From the NCBI GenBank assembly GCA_017962745.1, contig JAGCUR010000003.1, forward strand, positions 459 through 64,458: 64,000 bases of DNA, in the 5' to 3' direction. Origin of the DNA: Bacilli bacterium. Its GTDB lineage: Bacteria > Bacillota_I > Bacilli_A > ML615J-28 > CAG-698. The position numbers were made by a program, and so were the translations under genes. Below the pieces are notes generated by a model, which ran no database searches, was not told where the DNA came from, and was given only the letters and a program-made list of their open reading frames with translations. Below, piece after piece: positions 59,691 through 64,000 of this stretch (position 1 is the stretch's first letter; each line of letters opens with the position of its first letter).

Positions 59691-60255
59691 TGTTTTCTCC
59701 TTTTACAATATATTTTTCAATATATTCATCTTTTGTCATTCCATAAATATAAACATCATGAAGCGTTCCATCATACAAATAATATCCATCTTTCTTCATC
59801 CCTTCACATCTAAAACTTAGACGATTTAAGACATTAATGCTAGCGGTATTAGTAGTATATGTAGATGCTTCAATTCTTCTTAATTCTAAATCCATAAAGC
59901 CGTAATGAAGCATCGCAATGCTTGCTTCAGTTGCATAACCATTATGGCGATAGATAGGATTTAAGGTATAACCAAGTTCCGCCTTAAATCTTTTAATATA
60001 ACTATGCAGTTCCACAGTTCCAATCATTTTCCTTGTTTCTTTTAAGATAATCGCAAAGACACCAAGTTGACCATATTTCTTTTTGTCATGATACATTTGA
60101 ATGACACTTTTGGTGTGGGCTAGGTTTGGATGAGGCTCCCATCCAGCCATTGGTCCAATTTCAGGTAGATGCGCATATTCAAACATATCTTTGGCATCGC
60201 TTAATTTTAACTCTCTTAAAACAAGTCTTTTAGTTTCTAAAATCGGTCCAAACAT
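59680..60255 (-). CDS. GNAT-family N-acetyltransferase (RimJ/RimL-like)
   Basis: RLVLRELKLSDAKDMFEY... and HNGYATEA... form the typical acetyl-CoA binding core. Confidence 0.82.
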   Translation of the reverse strand: MFGPILETKRLVLRELKLSDAKDMFEYAHLPEIGPMAGWEPHPNLAHTKSVIQMYHDKKKYGQLGVFAIILKETRKMIGTVELHSYIKRFKAELGYTLNPIYRHNGYATEASIAMLHYGFMDLELRRIEASTYTTNTASINVLNRLSFRCEGMKKDGYYLYDGTLHDVYIYGMTKDEYIEKYIVKGENNGL

Positions 60256-60256
60256 A

Positions 60257-61036
60257 TTACTTAATGATATGAATCCTTTCGATCTTAGTTACTTTTTTGG
60301 TTGCTTCATCAATGTTAACTAGCAAAGCCCCAAACTGTGCTGGTCCATCATCTTCTGGATCAAAGAATGAATTAGATTCATTTTTTAAATATCGATTTAG
60401 AATAATATCTTTTTTAACACCGATGACGCCGTTTAGTGCTCCTGTCATACCTAAATCAGTAATATAAGCTGTGCCTTTTTCTAAAATGCGTTCATCAGCA
60501 GTTTGTACGTGTGTATGTGTACCAACAATGATTTGGATTTTACCATCAAAAGCATAGGCAAAAGCAATCTTTTCGCTAGTAGCTTCGCCGTGGAAATCAC
60601 AAATATAAATATCGCTATCAGTATTATCTAAAATCTCTTGGGCCTTGACAAACGGACTAATCGTAATTCCATTCATAAACACTTGACCGATGACTTGCAT
60701 AACTGTAATTTTTAAACCGTTATAGTTAATAGTGACATAACCTTTACCTTTGGCGTTATCCGCAAAGTTAGCAGGTCTTACAATATTATTCACTTCATCA
60801 ATAAAATTAAAGATTTGCCCATTTTGGTAAGTGTGATTACCCATCGTAATCACATTTACACCTTGTTCTAAATACCATTTATAATGGCCTTCATTTAATC
60901 CTTTACCGTGTGAAGTATTTTCCCCGTTAACGATTAAAAAGTTAATCTTTGTTTTTTCCTTGATTTCTTTAACGCATTCTTCAAACATCTTGCGACCAAG
61001 TTTTGAATAAACGTCACCGACAATTAATATATTCAT
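60257..61036 (-). CDS. ymdB: YmdB-family metallophosphoesterase
   Basis: MNILIVGDVYSKLGR...NGENTSHGKG...DFHGEATSEK...GTHTHVQTAD. Confidence 0.88.
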   Translation of the reverse strand: MNILIVGDVYSKLGRKMFEECVKEIKEKTKINFLIVNGENTSHGKGLNEGHYKWYLEQGVNVITMGNHTYQNGQIFNFIDEVNNIVRPANFADNAKGKGYVTINYNGLKITVMQVIGQVFMNGITISPFVKAQEILDNTDSDIYICDFHGEATSEKIAFAYAFDGKIQIIVGTHTHVQTADERILEKGTAYITDLGMTGALNGVIGVKKDIILNRYLKNESNSFFDPEDDGPAQFGALLVNIDEATKKVTKIERIHIIK

Positions 61037-61086
61037 AATTATTTCTCCTAATAGAGATTATATATTAGTAGGCGCTGATAGTCAAT

Positions 61087-61111
61087 AAAAGCACCCTTAA
61101 AGGGTGCTTTA
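61087..61111 (-). terminator. Terminator after the Zn-ribbon CPBP gene
   Basis: aaagcaccc/ttaa/agggtgcttt, followed on the minus strand by TTTTATT. Confidence 0.6.
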
Positions 61112-61113
61112 AA

Positions 61114-62469
61114 TTATTCGTTATTATTTTCAATATTTTCGCTATCTGCTAATTCTTCTAGTGTTACTTCTTGTTCACTGTCTTCATATTTAATATCTTC
61201 ATCATCCATCTCTTCTACCACTTTTGCTTTAAATACATGGTGCATTTGATGATTATATAAAATCATTAGCACAATAAAGAAAGCAATTGGTATTTGAAGT
61301 AGGCCAATATATAACCAGTCAATATCTCCATAGATGGCGCCAATCCCAATTGTACTAAACTCTGATACTACTGTAGAGCCTAAAGTTACTAATAATAAAA
61401 TGAAGAAAATTTCAAATACAACGGCACGGTGAATTAAATATCCATCAAATTCACATTCTTTATTAACTCTAAAGATATCGCTTTTTCTAAATATAATAGC
61501 AAATATAACACCAATTATGGTTAAAACACCAACACCAATTAGCCAGCCTATTTCAATATCAATATTAAATAAGATAAAGATCTCCGGTAAGCTTGCAACC
61601 ATATTAATCATAAAGTGTAAACCCATTGTATATTTGATATTTCTTGTTTTAATATAAACAATCGCAAATAATAATCCTAAGAAGAATGCTAAGAAGAATT
61701 GACCTAAATTACCATGCATTAAGCCAAATAGCATTGCACTAGTAATAATCGCTATTCCTTCACCGTGTGGAGCAATCTTATCGATTAGTAATTTTCTAAA
61801 GATAAATTCTTCAATAATTGGTGCCCCAATCATTGCTTGGGCTAAATAAATAATCGTATAATCACCAAATATTAATTCGAGTTGATTAATACCTTCACCA
61901 GTGCTAAAGAAATCAGGTAAATTACCAATTACAACACCAATTCCCCAAAAACCAAAAGCAACAATAATTACTAATAATAATTCTTTGATGCTTAGTTTTC
62001 GAATATTCTTTTCTGGTTTATTCTCATTATTCTTTCCATATACTATTTTTCTACCAATTATAATAGCAGCTACACTACTAATGATGTAACCGAGTGTATA
62101 CATAATTGGTACAATTACATAATACTTTTCATGCGTAAGTGAAAAGATTAAGCCAATAGCATCACTGAAATCTTCAATTACAAAACTACCACCACTTTGC
62201 ATATAAATGATAACAACAATAACCAAACCAACCATTAAGAATATAGAGCCAATTACATTTAAAGCACCAAACCAAATTAAGCAAGCAAGAGCACCTTTAG
62301 AGTAGCTACTCTTCATTTTCTTATATTTAGGATCATTCTTTCGATCTGGTTTAATTTGCTCTATTTCTTTATTATCAGGATTATAAGCTAATTCTTTTCC
62401 ACAGTATGCACAAAATTTAGAATCTTCAGCTATTTCTTTTCCGCAGAATCTACAATACATTTTTATCAC
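61114..62469 (-). CDS. Zinc-ribbon-fused CPBP-family intramembrane protease with an acidic C-terminal tail
   Basis: MYCRFCGKEIAEDSKFCAYCG. CPBP motifs APIIEEFIFRKLL, FGLMHGN and HFMINM. About 10 TM segments and an acidic tail EEMDDEDIKYEDSEQE. Confidence 0.72.
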   Translation of the reverse strand: MIKMYCRFCGKEIAEDSKFCAYCGKELAYNPDNKEIEQIKPDRKNDPKYKKMKSSYSKGALACLIWFGALNVIGSIFLMVGLVIVVIIYMQSGGSFVIEDFSDAIGLIFSLTHEKYYVIVPIMYTLGYIISSVAAIIIGRKIVYGKNNENKPEKNIRKLSIKELLLVIIVAFGFWGIGVVIGNLPDFFSTGEGINQLELIFGDYTIIYLAQAMIGAPIIEEFIFRKLLIDKIAPHGEGIAIITSAMLFGLMHGNLGQFFLAFFLGLLFAIVYIKTRNIKYTMGLHFMINMVASLPEIFILFNIDIEIGWLIGVGVLTIIGVIFAIIFRKSDIFRVNKECEFDGYLIHRAVVFEIFFILLLVTLGSTVVSEFSTIGIGAIYGDIDWLYIGLLQIPIAFFIVLMILYNHQMHHVFKAKVVEEMDDEDIKYEDSEQEVTLEELADSENIENNNE

Positions 62470-62499
62470 CTCTTATAAAGATTATAATCTATTTACCTA

Positions 62500-62538
62500 A
62501 AATAAACAATAAAGATAACTAGCGAACTAGTTATCTTT
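62500..62538 (-). terminator. Terminator after rny
   Basis: 12-bp stem aaagataactag/cgaa/ctagttatcttt (62511-62538), followed on the minus strand by ATTGTTTATTT. Confidence 0.6.
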
Positions 62539-62544
62539 ATAATT

Positions 62545-64000
62545 TTATTTAGCTACTTCTTGAGCTCTAGTCTCACGAATAACTATTACTTTAATTGTTC
62601 CTGGATAATTTACATTACCTTCGATTTCTAATCTGATATCTCTAGCTAGTTTATAAGCTTGAGTATCATTTACTTCTTCAGGTTTAACTAAAATTCTAAC
62701 TTCACGTCCAGCTTGTAATGCATAAGCTTTATCAACACCTTTATGGTTATTGCAAATTTCTTCAAGTTGAGCAAGTCTCTTGATATAGTTTTCAAGTGAT
62801 TCACTTCTAGCTCCAGGTCTGGCAGCAGATAAAGTATCTGCAGCTGCAACTAAATGAGCAATAATTGTTTTAGCCTCAACATCTCCATGGTGAGATGCTA
62901 TAGCATCAATAACTTCTGGTTTTTCGTGATAACGATTAGCAAGTTCAACACCAATCTCTACGTGACTTCCTTCAACTTCATGATCAATTGCTTTACCAAT
63001 ATCGTGAAGTAAGCCGGCACGTCTTGCTAAAATCTCATCTTCACCGATTTCAGCAGCAAGCTTACCTGTAAGGTATGCTACTTCCATCGAATGAGTTAAA
63101 GCATTTTGGCCATAAGATGTACGGTATTTAAGTCTACCGATAATCTTAATTAGTTCTGGGTGAATTTTACTTAATCCTAAATCGAATACAGCTTTTTCAC
63201 CGGTTTCTTTTAATTCATTATCAAGTTCATTTTGGAATTTTGATACTAAATCTTCAATACGTGTTGGTTGGATTCTTCCATCCGCAATTAAAGCTTCCAA
63301 CGTACGTCTTGCGATTTCTCTTCTAATTGGGTCAAAACAAGATAATACAACAGCTTCAGGTGTATCATCAATGATGATATCTACTCCCGTTGCTGCTTCG
63401 ATTGCTCTAATGTTTCTTCCTTCACGACCGATAATACGGCCTTTCATTTCATCATTAGGTAGTGACACTACCGAAATAGTTTTCGCATTTACTACATCAC
63501 TTGCGTATTGTTGAATTGTGTTGGCAAGTAGACTTTGAGCTTTATGTGCTGCTTCGTTCTTTGCTTTTTCTTCTTCATCACGAATGTAAGCAGCGATTTC
63601 CAACGACATTTCTTCTTCAATACGGCTAAGAATGATATTGCGAGCATCTTCGCGTGATAACTCAGCGATTTCATTAAGTTTAGTCTCTTGTTCTTGAACT
63701 AACTCTTCAACCTTATGATATTGTTTTTCAATTTCAGCCTTACGGTCATCAATTTTCTTTTCTTTTTGAATTAAAGAATCTTCACGTCTATCTAAATTAG
63801 TACTACGATTATCTAATCTTTCTTCACGTTGTGCTATTTTTCTTTCTTGTTCTTTAACTTGATTCTTTCGATCTTTGATTTCTTTATCAGCTTCTTGCTT
63901 TAGATTGTTGATTTCATTTTTTGCTTCAAGAATTGATTGTTTCTTTTCTTCTTCAGCTGTATTTCTAGCCTCTTCAAGAATTTCTTCGGCTCTTTGATGA
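62545..64000 (-). CDS. rny: Ribonuclease Y (5' end beyond the window)
   Basis: KH domain ([13 protein letters not shown]) and HD domain (LLHDIGKA). The frame stays open upstream of the track's internal Met (63609) to the window end, encoding the coiled-coil N-terminal region. Confidence 0.93.
   Translation of the reverse strand, partial: HQRAEEILEEARNTAEEEKKQSILEAKNEINNLKQEADKEIKDRKNQVKEQERKIAQREERLDNRSTNLDRREDSLIQKEKKIDDRKAEIEKQYHKVEELVQEQETKLNEIAELSREDARNIILSRIEEEMSLEIAAYIRDEEEKAKNEAAHKAQSLLANTIQQYASDVVNAKTISVVSLPNDEMKGRIIGREGRNIRAIEAATGVDIIIDDTPEAVVLSCFDPIRREIARRTLEALIADGRIQPTRIEDLVSKFQNELDNELKETGEKAVFDLGLSKIHPELIKIIGRLKYRTSYGQNALTHSMEVAYLTGKLAAEIGEDEILARRAGLLHDIGKAIDHEVEGSHVEIGVELANRYHEKPEVIDAIASHHGDVEAKTIIAHLVAAADTLSAARPGARSESLENYIKRLAQLEEICNNHKGVDKAYALQAGREVRILVKPEEVNDTQAYKLARDIRLEIEGNVNYPGTIKVIVIRETRAQEVAK

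Noticed and set aside
59383-59820. 145-aa plus-strand ORF spanning the Mrp/GNAT junction
   Set aside because: It lies antisense to two genes with clear motifs. It crosses their overlap and has no start context.
63492-63674. 60-aa minus-strand ORF overlapping rny in another frame
   Set aside because: It is an out-of-frame ORF inside the RNase Y coding region. The rny frame is continuous through this region and carries the family motifs.

Overview
AT-rich, gene-dense chromosomal segment of a low-GC Bacillota/Mollicutes-like bacterium. It uses the standard genetic code: TGA acts as a stop and Trp is TGG. About 58 CDS are present and roughly 50 lie on the minus strand. There are no rRNA or tRNA genes, CRISPR arrays, transposases or prophage.

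Most of the window is housekeeping blocks with Bacillus-like synteny:
- rny..ymdB and miaB
- polA-mutM-coaE-x-dnaB-dnaI
- T-box-thrS
- trmFO-xerC-dut
- rpsB-tsf-pyrH-frr-cdsA-dxr-rseP-proS-nagA
- topA
- ftsY-ylxM-ffh
- ruvB-queA-tgt, with ruvA inverted
- a stand-alone ftsZ, and eno

Lineage-specific genes are interleaved among these blocks:
- Six predicted lipoproteins, including a GH18 chitinase-like protein, a transglutaminase-core protein and a 1133-aa pectate-lyase-like protein carrying Listeria-Bacteroides repeats.
- A secreted metallophosphoesterase with a Cys-containing C-terminal sorting-like tail.
- Two CPBP intramembrane proteases.
- A RhuM-like gene.

The left 7.2 kb is an accessory patch. 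It holds a DUF1016 nuclease (cut by the window edge and absent from the ORF track), an XRE regulator, and an orphan DinJ antitoxin cassette bracketed by perfect 46-bp direct repeats. It also holds an HTH-MNT antitoxin with a truncated HEPN toxin stub and three phased operator-like palindromes.

The most interesting hypotheses are:
- The G-C/TM/basic C-terminal tail may be a substrate for a CPBP-type sorting protease.
- thrS, under T-box control, is translationally coupled to a CPBP-TPR-LRR lipoprotein triad.
- ProRS lacks its INS editing domain.
- The rpsB leader looks structured.
- The dinJ cassette looks like an insertion.

All functional calls come from motif recognition by eye. No database search was run.
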